A DNA stretch of 64,000 nt from Phoronis australis (lineage: Eukaryota; Animalia; Phoronida), in NCBI GenBank assembly GCA_002633005.1, contig NMRA01000169.1:154397-218396 (forward strand). The letters are read 5' to 3'. How positions within the stretch are numbered: the stretch's first letter is position 1; every line of letters begins with the position of its first letter. Below, one piece after another: positions 1 to 12,300 of the stretch. The notes under the pieces were generated by a model. That model saw only the letters and a list, made by a program, of their open reading frames with translations. It did no database searches and was not told the DNA's origin. The position numbers and the translations under genes are program-made.

Positions 1-1324
1 ATTATGAAAGGCTAAATATCTTTAAGCTTGGAAAAGAGTTCTACTGTCGTGTGGTCACAAGACGGTGCAGGAAGTGACCCTCTTTAACATGAAAGTCAGT
101 TGCACGATTTCACAAAAAACAGGAAACTAGACGTAATCGAGTCCAACTTTTGGTTTTCTCCGTGAGTGGACCCTTAAGAATTTGTAAATAAAAACAAAAA
201 AGGATGGCCACTTGAATGTCATCAATGGCCTCCTTCAAGGGTGGGGCCCCTCAATATGAAATTGTCAATATTTTGAAAAATCAAGAAATGTGCAGCAATT
301 GATGATATCTGTCAGGGCATCAAGTGATACACAATTTGAGAAAAAAGCGACTGCTGTTTCAGTTATTCCTTGCCTGAGAGGGGCCTCTGGAAAAATATGA
401 TTTTGCAGTCGCAAAATTTTGACTTATTGAATTTAATAATCAAGCAAATTAACACGCTCCGCAAAAGCTTCGCTTTACAAATTTTTCGATTTTTCGAAAT
501 ATAATGCATGAACCTGTTGGTTTTCAAGTGCGTTTAGACGACCTGTGCTGCGAAAGCGTAGACCCCAACAACAATGTCCTGGCCAAGGTTCCCAAAGGTA
601 ATGCACTGATACACAGTTGTTAAGTTTTTCTCTTGATTTTTGTCTCTAATCCGCATTTAGCAGTCTTTCTTTTCTCGACTGTCCCCGCCCCACGCGTATG
701 TCGGTTGCCACGGTTGAACCCTGACGCCTGAAAATTTTTGAAGGGCCGTGCCTCCCCCCCCCCCACTTCCTACACCGCTGGAGATGTTAATTCAGAGACT
801 TGAGTAGGACTTTAAAGATACAGTTTAACCAGTAGGCTTTTCTGTTACAACAATCAGTTAATAGCAACCAATCTAACTCGGCACCCGAAAACACCCGAGT
901 TTTCATAAAACATGCCTCTCAGTCACCTGCCTTGCGGCAACAATTTTTGCCCGTCTGGCCACAAGTAGTAATGTTAACTCTCCGATAAAGTTGATTTACT
1001 GTACCCGTAAACTGGTCGCCTATTGGTCAGTTTGTATGTAGCGTAATTCATGATACATTTGGCTATGGTAGCAATGAAAAGTTAGGCTGAAGCCCCGGCG
1101 GCCAATTTGTGCTCCCAAAAAATAAACCCTAAGGGTAGGCCAAGTTTGGGGAAAGTTTTGAGGTAGCTATGCCTTGGTGAGACATTGATGGACTTGAACC
1201 AATTGCGGGACCTATAAACTAAGAGGTGAGATGTGATATATGGTTAATTACATTAAATCTCGCACCCGTTACACACCTGTCGAAGCCGACTTCTAAATTT
1301 TATCCTTAAACCCTGTTTGGCGGT

Positions 1325-1490
1325 CCGTGTACCGTGTTTGTAAAGGTACGTGATTATACAGTGTAAGTCCTTGACCGTGTGTTGTGGGTGAAAGGGTCGT
1401 GTTTTGCGAGTCCTATCCCGTGTATGTGAGTCAATGAACGGTGTTTGCATGTGCCCGACCCCGTGTTTAGCAGTCCGTTAATCGTGTAGT
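1325..1490. repeat. Degenerate ~21-bp period repeat (phased CGTGT motif)
   Basis: CGTGT/GGTGT at 1333, 1376, 1398, 1419, 1440, 1462 and 1483, with AGTCC-like words in between. Confidence 0.55.
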
Positions 1491-2067
1491 TTAAGTATCT
1501 TGGAAAGACTTGAAGTACAGGAGGAACAAGGGAGCAGGTTAGGGAAGGAGGGGAGGAGCGAGCAAGTATACGGGAGGGAGGGGGACAGAGACGGTCCAAG
1601 GGAAGGAGAGAGAGGCATTGTCAAGTAAAGGACCAGTTATCCATTTAAATACAGGCTGGTCAAGTATTTCATGAGCTTGCAGATAAAGGACTGGCACCTT
1701 GAGTAATGATCCATTTCAAAGAACATTTACTAGGTCAAGAAGCCTGCAAATACACTCACGAAATGTCTCAGATGTGGGCAAGATGTTACTTTTGAACCTT
1801 GTAGAGATGTCAACGAAATTGTTTTGCACTTGTCCGAACTAGAATTCATCTGTATTGTCTTGGTCATAAACATAAGACTTTTACTGTTGCACTAATTGAT
1901 ATGAAATTATTGGGTATAAGCCTAGAAACAAAGGGTATAAACCAATCAAGAGTTATAAGATGTTGTGATAGTGTGTTGTGTGTCTGAAAGTGTTTTGCAC
2001 GGTTTTGTGGGGATTTATTGCAACGTTTGTAGAGCGTACCGTCGCAGCAGTGAAGTCTAGAATGACT

Positions 2068-2737
2068 GGGTCTATAGCCATTGACATCTTCCATCGTCAG
2101 CAGTTTAGTTATTCTGCCATACCCGTCAATTTGTTTCATCATGAAGCTTACTATGACGTCATACACTTACGCAACCTGAGGATAATCGGTACTTAATACT
2201 GCCAAAGAGTACACCACATTCCAACCTATAAGCTGGCTTCCAAAACGTTTGCTCCGAGTTCCAGTAATTTGGAACCTACCTCACCATATCCTCGGATAGC
2301 TGCCAACTGAAACGCATGAGGCCTGTCAATACCGGAGATGGTGTCGTTTTGTTCTTGGTGAAATTTCGCATACAGTGTACTTACGAAGCTGGCCTTCATA
2401 GACACACCCGTTCATCGAATCATACATATCCTTGGCATCTTCGAACCAAAACTGACCGCGAATCCCTTTGTCTCGTTCGTCATGAAGTACCTTTACGAGA
2501 ATTTCTATTCCCAAATTTCCTTCTGCAAGTGCTGCATCCCCAAAACCATACGTTCAGAGAGGGAGACAATTTTCATCGTTCAACTGGCAATGCTGGTACT
2601 GCTATGCTGATTTCCATTCCTGCGGCAAAGTTGTCGAAGTTAGGACTTCGTTTCTAATTGTCTTTTCCTTCTAAGTAGATATGCTGAACACGTGTCAGTG
2701 ACTGTTCTTCACGTGGCGAGGACCCACGGATAGTCAT
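2068..2737 (-). pseudogene. 3'-truncated, frameshifted TRPV-like pseudogene (paralog of 16965..18971)
   Basis: Minus-strand translation pieces MTIRGSSPREEQ, RGQFWFEDAKDMYDSMNGCVYEGQLRKY, HAFQLAAIRGYGEV and YDVIV...LLTMEDVNGYRP match the N-terminal ankyrin region of the intact paralogs. It has in-frame stops and frameshifts, and homology ends abruptly after NGYRP with no TM domain. Confidence 0.88.
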
Positions 2738-3170
2738 GGATTCTCCTTCGTTTTATAGACATTCAGGCGCTGGTCCTCAGGTCTCAGTTCCACTGGCTAG
2801 ACGATTAACGTGTTTTACCGATATCTGCAGCAGGTAGGGTATTAAAATGTCACAGAAAGCATTTCATGCTGCCATTGCAAAAACAGAGCGATCCCAAATA
2901 ATGCCAAAGCTTCAGTTATTAACAACTAAATCCATACAAAGGTTTACAAGAATAGAATACGGGAAAATATGCAGCTGCCTTATACAGTGAGAGTTCTCAC
3001 AAAATAACTAGACGCTTGCTGAATACCAATGTTGCCGAAGGATGCTTTTCTACAAGAGTGTTGCAAGTGTAATCCCTCGGTGATTAACTTGATGTGTTGT
3101 GATCGTATTGTTAGAAGTTGCATTGAAATATATCATACCTGATAACTATCAGATGATCATGGTGACGGTA

Positions 3171-3241
<71 letters not shown>

Positions 3242-3250
3242 AATGATGAC
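3171..3250. repeat. (ATG)n/(GAT)n microsatellite
   Basis: Pure ATG run of ~70 bp with a degenerate edge. Confidence 0.98.
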
Positions 3251-5332
3251 GATACTCATGGTCAGTTCCGGAAAGTGCTACTGTTATTCTAAATTGCATT
3301 TAGGACCTTCAAAAACACGGTACGTTTTCACTGCTAGGTTGTCAAGATTCAACGGCAGACAGCAAGCGTTGCGAGAACGAAAGTTTTAGACTTCTCTGGT
3401 AAAGCTTTCACTGAAAACTCCAAAACTCTCTAGTGCACAGTATCCTTTTTTAAAAGTGTATCCAGAACAGTTCCAGGGAAATCAGTTTTCTAAAAAGAAG
3501 TGTTACTTCATTCTTGTTTTTATTTGTGTTCAGCAACGACACAAAACTGTATGCGTCAATTATTTGCGACTCATTCCGAGAAAATATTCATTTTCGGTAT
3601 CAAATTTCGTCTCTCAACAGAAAAATTAAAAACTCAGCCGACTCTGGATCTGAACTAGACGCCTCTACCTGAAATACAACTGCAGTTTCATATTGAAGAT
3701 CGAAGCCATAAGCGATTGACAGTAAAGTTTTTATTGTCGAGTCCCCTGACGGATGTGAAGACCGCATGCTGCATAAAAACTGCATTGAAAAGAACGACGC
3801 GACCTCGTTGGAGGACACTTATAGAGACGTGGGTGTGTACGTAACCTTTGCGGCCCATTGTTGTCGCGAAAAGTGTGTGAATTATGCGTGGGATACTTGC
3901 AGCTGGCTCGTTTTGCCATGACAAATTGCGTCCCAGTGCGTGTCAAAACACCGCACTCATTCGGTACAATGTTTGTTACCTTCTGCCTAACGGTATGCAA
4001 ATACAGTGGAGCACACTTAATGTCATACTGGAGAATAAAATACCACGGTTATTGTCGAGAAATGTCAAAAATGAATCATTTCCCATTGACAATGTTAAAT
4101 AACCCACATATTGTCATGAACTATTGTCATATTCCTATACACTGCCATAAACAATAGGCAAAATTGATTCTCTGTTGCTTGTTTGGCGGTCTTACACTTT
4201 CCACTTAGCACGATCAACTTACAAGTCGAAGCCCGCTTAATAGAATATCCAGCTTATCGTAATAAATTACATTGAAACCGATGGTATGACATTAGGCGGG
4301 CTACACTGTACGATGAGGAATAATTGATAAAACTACAAAAATGGTAACATTACACCGAATTGTGTATTAGGCCTCGAAATAAGGTCGATAAAGCTCCTAA
4401 AAGAACATATAGTACGGTTAAATATAATAAATACACGAATAATGATAATCCATAGAAATTTTGCGCGCTTCTTAAAAATTTGGGACCAATCAAAAGTAAC
4501 AGGGAGTCTGTAAATTAAAAAGTCGGAAAATGAGAAAAGTTGTCATCTGTCAAATTATGATTTGTTACTCTTGGTTAAAACATGACACATCTTGTGCAAC
4601 TGATTTACAAACAACCTGCAAGCCGCATATAAGTAAATGATTTAAATTGCTCTAATTGGATTAACTATAAAACTTTAAGTCAAGGAGATAATCCATCACA
4701 CTTCTTCTCTTTATGTATTTGATCTTACTTAAGTAAAAATGTCAACGAATTGGGTAAGACCCAGGCAGTTCAGTGAATAACTTTGTGTTTTCAAAATAAA
4801 CAAAGCAGACTTTCACAGGGTCCTATAGACTGACAAACGTTAGAAAACACATAACTAGATTTGTTTGGAAGTTCAATCGAAGGTTTATGCAATAAATGGC
4901 GTTTTTTTGATTTTTTCAGAGTTGTGACGTTGTTGCGCAGAGCGCCAACAGTAACGAACTTGTGCAATAAGTTTTCGCGACTTTGACAACGTAGGTGGTG
5001 TGAAAGCCAGACTTCAACTTATCCGAAACTAATGTTGTTCACTTCAGATTCGAACATACCGCAAAAAGACTCGGATTTAAACTAAAAATTTCAGCTATTT
5101 GATATAGAACATCCTACATGTTCAAGATTTTTGAAATAAAAGGTATAACTTTTGAACTTTATTTGGCTTTATGTAGCATCACTTCTGCATGACGTTTCTG
5201 CTGTGTGGGGTTAAAAGACTAATATTTTATTCTGAAAATATTCAAATTTGAGCTTTAGTTTTTGTGAAGGTAAACAGAGTAACATCTACTTGGTGGTGAT
5301 ATTGGATGATACTTCACCCGTAATAGATGGAA

Positions 5333-5880
5333 ACTAGAAAGATTATTGTCGCGGCGTGACAATAATGGACTTTGCGCGTACGCATTACTGGAATTGTTAT
5401 GGGATGTTGTTGACAACAAACCGTTTACCAATATAAAAAAGAATTCTTTAAAGCTGTAGGAGAAATCACATGCTTATAATTTGATGACCATTACACTAAT
5501 TGACCCCTTCCGGTGCATTAAGCGCCCCCATGAGAGAATAAGTGTAAACTCGATGAAAAGTGTGGTTAATGCTAAGAATCAAAAATGCCTTACTTTAAGT
5601 ACTTTAGAATACACGATGAATGAATTGGTCAATCTTTCAGAAGAAAAATGCACCTAATGACCCCATGGCTGCACCAAATGACCTGAAACTTTAAAACTCA
5701 AACTCATTTTTATTTTACGTAACAGATATGAAAATTTGAAGTGTCTGGCTCAAAATTTTAGTTCGCACTCAATAACCTTTGACCTTTGTTTTTTAAATTG
5801 ACTTTTAGCCTCATACCTGTGCACCCAACATGTACTATACGACTGTGCAATAAGCTTGAGGCGATAGAATAACTAAAGAG
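5333..5880 (+). mobile_element. Probable non-autonomous interspersed repeat (Helentron/HINE-like)
   Basis: Starts AACTAGAAAG, has a small palindrome ATTGTCGCGGCGTGACAAT and internal TGACC(TT/CC) motifs typical of such repeats; boundaries approximate. Confidence 0.3.
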
Positions 5881-6972
5881 ATGGTTTTGGTTTACTATAA
5901 TGGGCAAATATTGTTTAAAAAGCTTGTTTAGTAATGTAGTTAAATAGTTCTTAGACAGTGAGAAAAATACAAACGATTAGAAGGCTCAAGAATATACGAA
6001 CTGAATGTATAATGTATTATAATTTTCTCTACCAATAGAGGTCATAACATTAAATAAACAAATATCCAAACCTAAGTTGGGCATGTATTATAGACTGGTC
6101 ATCATATTACTGTAGATGAACTCATTTGAATATGACCTGTGTTTTTGTATTTAGTTGTTCATTACAAGATTCTCTAAGTATTCAAATTTACAAACTATAG
6201 AAAAGTAGAAAGATTGCGAATGTCATTTCACCACGTTCCTGGTAACTTGCCAAATATGATAAATGAGTATGCGACCGTGCATGTACATGTAGATGTAAAT
6301 AAAGTCATTTTTCACCGAATTCATTGGCAAGTGACATGAAATTGTGCTGAAACTTTTAGATCTGAACAGCACACCTTTGAATGAAGTGGAAAACATCAAA
6401 ATAAAATTACCAGATGAAAGTACTCACGAAACCTTTTTAAAGCTTTTACAGCTTAGAGCTCACAGAATTACCAGAAACATTTACAAATAATCGTCATCAA
6501 CGAAGAAAACTGGTATGGCACAACATTGCGCATTATTCATTACTCTTAAGTATCACCAATTAAATTCATGTGATGTTATCAATACAGATTTGGAGAGGCA
6601 ATACTATAAACGCATCACGTGTTTCTTTTGTTTCCTTTGATTCACGATTTGATATAAAATGCCACTGTAATAATTAATAGACAGCTACTAATTCTATCTA
6701 CTACCAAATGAAATGGATTATCTGGAGTTCAGTCTCAGGCACAGGCTGGTTTCAAAGTTTTCCTATGATGAACCATTAACGTCAACATTTCTCCTTATAC
6801 AGAAAATTCGAATCCATTTGGAATGTAATTTTAACCAGCCAATTAAAGACAGGCACATGGTGTTACTTTACGTGCATACATATGAAGATAAAAACTCGAA
6901 CCTTACAAAGCTCGTCTCATTACAATTTTAATGCATTCTTTTGCGGCTAAGCTAAATAGAAAAGTATAAGTT

Positions 6973-8823
6973 TTACTTCATCATGTGTGTTCTCACGTCT
7001 ATGCTAGACACAATATAAACTTTGCCGTCTAGATACAAAAGTCGCGGATTTTTAGGTATGTAAACTTTTTTCAGTAGCCACGCCAATCGTCTCTCAATTA
7101 TGAGTCCAGTCGATAGCCTATGAAGTTGAATCACAATTTCGCGGCATTCGGCAATTTGGGTCACTCGACTGGACATGATCGCAATCAAGAAGTTCAGAAG
7201 CAATATAGCGACCACACCGACATAAATCACATGGAGGAGACTTGCAATCGCACCCTCTGGTGTTGACAATTCTATTCCATCTCCGATGACTTGTACCATG
7301 TTTAACATCATGGTAAAAGTCGAATACAGACTTGTCGCAGCATCCTTGAAACTGCCCAGACATTTGCTACCAAACAAACTATAGAAAGTCATAAAAAAGG
7401 ACACAAGGATCAAGCCATAGATAACTAGAAACTGAGCAAGGTTTGCCATCATTTCCTGAAATACAATAACAAAATACCCTACTCTTGGCGCAAGCCTGAC
7501 AAAATACAGCAATGACCAGATGTTTGTAATGCAAGCAAGCGCAATACACAAAAATACGAATAACTTTGTTTCTGGTCCAAAATTTGAAGGTGGGCGGAGA
7601 ATTTCCAACACGATAACAGAAGAGAAAGTATGGATTATATCACACGTATAGAAAAAGAACAGACTTGTGACTTTCGTTTCTTTGGTTTCAAAATGTAATA
7701 TCGGTTGAGCCACATTTCGGTCTTTGCAAAACGCGTAGAAGTCAGCCGAGTGCGCCAAAAGAGTAAAGAACAGGCGCACATATAAATACGCACTAACTAA
7801 ACTAAATGTTGTGTCTACGCTCGTGTTGAGGATGGGTTTTTCAGAACAAGATATAAAATTGGCGGTAGAATTTGAGGAATCTCCGGTACTGCTTTGCAAA
7901 TGTTCGAAAAATACTTTCATCAACATGTCTTGGAAAAAAACCATGAACAAAAGCGCATGCCCAAGTCTGTAAACACTCCATATCAGAACTAATACGAAAT
8001 AATATCTCTGGGATATCCGCGCCAATTGCATCACAGGTGATCGCGAAAACGCTTTTCTGTTTTTCGTCCTTATTCGTTCAAATGTAGTGTACATTAAAAG
8101 AGCTAATGGCGATCGGCTTAGCCTGTCTCCCCCTACAATGTAGTCTGTGATATCGAACAACACCTTATCATGGGTTCCCATGTTCATTCGCGTAAATTTA
8201 TACACTCCTTCTGTGTTCAGTATTTTCCTCGACATTGCAAACGACGACACTCTCATTGCTAACTCAAGAGGTCTATAACCATTGACGTCTTCCGTCATCA
8301 GCAATTTCCTAATTACATTGACTCCGCTGTCTTGTTTTTGTAAATACTTTACAACAATGTCGTAAATGTCAGCTACCGCAGTATATTCGGCACTAGTTAC
8401 TGCTAGGCAATGTACGATGTTCCAACCCATGAAGCCAGTTCTTAATACGTCTGCCCCTTCATTTAATAATATTTTAACTACTTCCCCGTGACCACTGATT
8501 GCAGCTAACTGGAACGCGTGCACGCCGTCAATACCGGAAGTCACGCCATGTTGTATCTGCTGAAGTCTTACGTATTTCCGGAGCTGACTCATGCAAACCC
8601 ACGTGCTGATGCAATCGTAGAGGTCTTCAGCGTCTGAAAACTGGAACTGCCCTTGCACCAACCTATCTCGCTCGGAGGCCTTGTCAAGAATGTTTTCAAT
8701 GTCCTGTGAGTTACCTTTTACAAGAGCGGCAGCCCAATATCCGTAGGTTTCAAAAGAAAGACGTACTTTACGCTTTTCTTCACGCCATTCTCTCATCTCA
8801 AGATGAACTGGCTCTACTGACAT
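6973..8823 (-). CDS. Intronless TRPV5/6-like cation channel, subtype A (616 aa)
   Basis: Uninterrupted ORF with ankyrin-like repeats (HAFQLAAISGHGEVVKILLNEGAD, GWNIVHCLA, NGYRPLELA), six hydrophobic segments, S4-S5 YFVRLAPRVGYFVIVFQEM, pore helix LYSTFTMMLNMVQ, S6 LLLNFLIAIMS and a TRP helix ending IERRL. Confidence 0.92.
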   Translation of the reverse strand: MSVEPVHLEMREWREEKRKVRLSFETYGYWAAALVKGNSQDIENILDKASERDRLVQGQFQFSDAEDLYDCISTWVCMSQLRKYVRLQQIQHGVTSGIDGVHAFQLAAISGHGEVVKILLNEGADVLRTGFMGWNIVHCLAVTSAEYTAVADIYDIVVKYLQKQDSGVNVIRKLLMTEDVNGYRPLELAMRVSSFAMSRKILNTEGVYKFTRMNMGTHDKVLFDITDYIVGGDRLSRSPLALLMYTTFERIRTKNRKAFSRSPVMQLARISQRYYFVLVLIWSVYRLGHALLFMVFFQDMLMKVFFEHLQSSTGDSSNSTANFISCSEKPILNTSVDTTFSLVSAYLYVRLFFTLLAHSADFYAFCKDRNVAQPILHFETKETKVTSLFFFYTCDIIHTFSSVIVLEILRPPSNFGPETKLFVFLCIALACITNIWSLLYFVRLAPRVGYFVIVFQEMMANLAQFLVIYGLILVSFFMTFYSLFGSKCLGSFKDAATSLYSTFTMMLNMVQVIGDGIELSTPEGAIASLLHVIYVGVVAILLLNFLIAIMSSRVTQIAECREIVIQLHRLSTGLIIERRLAWLLKKVYIPKNPRLLYLDGKVYIVSSIDVRTHMMK

Positions 8824-8976
8824 AGCGGTGCAACGTTTGATAAAGTGTCAGAATCTTCAGGGCCACCCTAAGGAAGACGTGCCGCACCTCTGACAACTTG
8901 TAAAGCGAGGTGTTTCAGGTGAGGCTGTAATCAAGTGAAATCACAGCACGCGTGGCTTTCATACCCAAGTGACTTC

Positions 8977-9010
8977 TGATAAATGATTGATGAATTGACC
9001 GTTGCTTTGT
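8977..9010. promoter_or_regulatory. Conserved upstream element shared with the paralog at 23395..23430
   Basis: TGATAAATG...ATTGACCGTTGCTT vs TGATAAATG...ATTGACCGCTGCTT at a similar distance (171 vs 182 bp) from the start codon. Confidence 0.5.
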
Positions 9011-9304
9011 ATCGGCAAATATCTACGTGCAAACATTCGTACCTTCAGGACACACACGATCGATATTCTAATAACATTACGTGAAAACTTCTTTTTCGTC
9101 AAATTAATTAAGTAAACCTTTTAGAAATCTTAGTTGACAGCAAAAAGCCATTTGGGATGTTAAAGTAAGTTACTTCTTCGTTTGTTTCAATCACTAATGA
9201 TAGATTAATCAAAAAACATAACTTGTAGTTAGGAAATAAAGCGGCGTATAGTGCCTGATGTCAAAATGTATCTTTTGTTATTTTATATTTATTTAACGAC
9301 TAGT

Positions 9305-9337
9305 ACAAATAAAATACGAAACTTTTCATGTTTGCTT
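9305..9337. promoter_or_regulatory. Second conserved upstream element shared with 23677..23709
   Basis: ACAAATAAAATACGAAACTTTTCATGTTTGCT vs ACAAATATATCAAGAACTTTTCACGTTTGCT. Confidence 0.45.
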
Positions 9338-12300
9338 CTCAGTTTTCAGTGACCTGCAGTTGCACATATCTTTCTGCATCGTACAGGTTCGTGGAGTTAG
9401 GTGTGAAAAGTGCATTGAGTTGGCTATCCTTAGTTGTCGCTATTGTCTAGCAGTGACCTTTCTTTTCATTTGCAGTGATGACATCGTGCATATCATGCGC
9501 ATTCATGTCACGGCAACTAGGATTTCAGAAAAGATGGGAAAATCGTTGCTTGCGCGTGACAGCAAGTTACGTTCAGGTTGGAACAGACTCTTTCAATAAC
9601 TGCGTAAATTAAATTTTTTTAAAAACTCATTGACACGCCTCTCACGTCAATCAACAATGCTGACATGTATGCTTAATCTTTTAAGCACGCAGATCATTGT
9701 ACACTTGCAAATTTTTGCTTGCAAACTCGAGTTTAGCCAACATGTAGCTGTGAACACAAGCTTGCTAGTGTGGAAGAGTTGCCAAACACGAACAAACTAG
9801 CCTGTCGAAGTTCTACATACACATTTATTTGAAAGGGAGTTTGATGGAGTTTGGTAGAACATAAAAAGTAGATGAAAATTATGCGATGGTCAGTGTTCAA
9901 AATATCACTCTTCATTAGGTAATGGGGTAAAATTGATGACACAGGAATCCTTTGCAATTTTATTTTTGACTTTTACCAAGTTGCGATTTATTGGGTCACG
10001 TGGTCATATCTTAAATTAGAATTTAGGAAAAAAGAAACATGGGCAGCAGCACAACGGTATCAATAATATAACAAATTTCAAGTGTCAAAACCTCTGTTAC
10101 AGTTCTATAAAATCAAATTCTCTTTTTATGCAACTTTTTATTTGTTTTGTATAAATCCTATTTTGATAGCCTCTCATGAAAAATGGATTATCTTAAAACA
10201 ATATCAACACCGTTTTGGAGAACAGTGCTTAAAGCATAGTATATGAAATTTTCAAATAAGCCTGAACTGCCATGTCTGAGATATGACGTCACGAAATTAT
10301 GACTTTCCTGACCCACGCAAGCTTTTTCATCACCGTAGCAACGGCAGTTTTCTTCCACAGCAAGAACAGTGTATAAGTGCAGACGCACCTATACCTTTTT
10401 CATTCGCCAAAACCTCACCTAACTCCCACTTTGTTCTTCCAGGTCTACTAAGCGGACAGTGTAGTATACAGTTTTCTGCGTGGTGCGTACTTTGATCACA
10501 CTTCTCACTAAGGACTTCAAATATCACCGACAATGGTCGCATGCCGTTTTGGTGTTTTAACCTTAATTAGATTCTAACGAACTGCTCTGAAGAAGAAGTG
10601 ACGCAAAAAATATTTCTAATGCATTGGCATTAAAGACGTCATTTTCGTTAATTGTAAGTAAGAATAAAGAAAGAATTGCCATGAGAGTCTCACTGCATTC
10701 CAACTGTGAAAACCAGCTGGGTCCGATTTAACAAACCTTTACTTTACAGGAAAGGAACTTTATTGCTAAGAAATGACTCAATGTTCAAGTTGATCTGTTT
10801 ACGATATTTGGGAAGTCACAGTTCTCCACGAGAGGCGTTAGTTTACCTAAGTATGGTGTGAGCTGCTATCTTCGTTTTGTACCAATGTCGAAATGACGAC
10901 AGCGGAGTTGGGCTTTTTTTGAACTAAGGTGATTTCACTAGGTTTACCGAAAAACCATAAAACGGTCGTTGTTTTACGGCATTGACTAACATTTGAATAT
11001 GATTTTTGTTTCAAATAACAGATAATTTACTTGTTAAATGATGATTTTGCGTTGTTTTTTTATTATTTTAGCATTCGATAATCGCGCACGACATCAATTT
11101 TCTCAACTACGTCATACCAAACAATAGACGAACCCCAAAATAGAAATTAGATGATTTTTAATTCAAACGGCAATTTTGAAATATTAAAGTGGAAACTTTT
11201 TGTCTCAAATTGTTTTCATCAACTAAACTTATTTCACCGCCCCAACAACATAACAAAATTGCCGTCTTGTGAAATGCAATAGGGAAATCGTGAATTTGAA
11301 ATTGGTGCGTTTTTGAAAAGGTGAAATTGTACATTCTTATGTGACGCTGTTTGGGCTAAAATGCAATGTAGTTAAAAACCGAAATCGGTGAACCCGTGAC
11401 TTATTTTCTTACTACAAGGAAAATGCGATGGGTATCAAGACAACGCAAGTTTATGACATACAAAAAAGGACAAAATATTCAACCCTTTGTAATTTTATAA
11501 CCACTTGTTATTCAAACACATCAAAACAAACTAGCAACTTTATCAATGCAAGTACATAAACCATGTTCCTACACCAATTAGCCGATGCAGGTACTCCCAG
11601 ACTAGATACTGAGTATATGACTGTGAACGAAAACTTTAATAGGTAAAAATTGATTTCCACGGTGTCCAAAGTTCTTGTAGTTCTACATGTCCAAGATTGC
11701 TGTGTTTTAGAATATATTTTTCAGTAATAAAATTTTAGTTTCACTTACTTAATAAAAACATTTAAAATAAAAGTGCTCTTTTTATTTTTATGTAAATACA
11801 ATATTTCGTTTGTAAGAAATTTTTAAAATATTGTACCTTTTTTTCTTTTCAAAATGGATTCCAACCACAGGTGTGAATCTAAATGAAGTTAGTGTCGATC
11901 CTTGATGACAACAGGCTCTGAATATCGCTCTAAAAATTGCGCGCAACACAACGATATACAAAGAAGTGTTCGATTGTCTCACGTTTGCAATAGATGAACG
12001 AATCAGAATCACCATTAATTTCAAACAAGCATTTGTAGGAAGGATCCTGTGCAGCAATTTGTATTGAAAATGGCGTATTTTTGTCTCATTTAAACTTAAA
12101 AGGTGGATTTTATAATAGCTCTTCCATATACAGAGATCAGTGTTTCATAAATCTTCAAAATTCTTAAGGGCAGTAGGCTTCAAATGATTTTATCTCCTGT
12201 AATATACTATAAATATGTTTACATCCACTTTCATCACCAAGTAGATTGGAGAGTAAAAAGGTAAAATTGGCCTTACAAACTTTTTTACTACGGGTAACAC

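Noticed and set aside
3099-3389. Poly-Met / poly-His ORFs
   Set aside because: Artefacts of the (ATG)n microsatellite
8925-9042. Possible 5' UTR intron of the 6973..8823 gene (AAG|GTACGA ... ttacAG)
   Set aside because: The splice signals are plausible, but there is no equivalent in the A-type paralog and no transcript evidence
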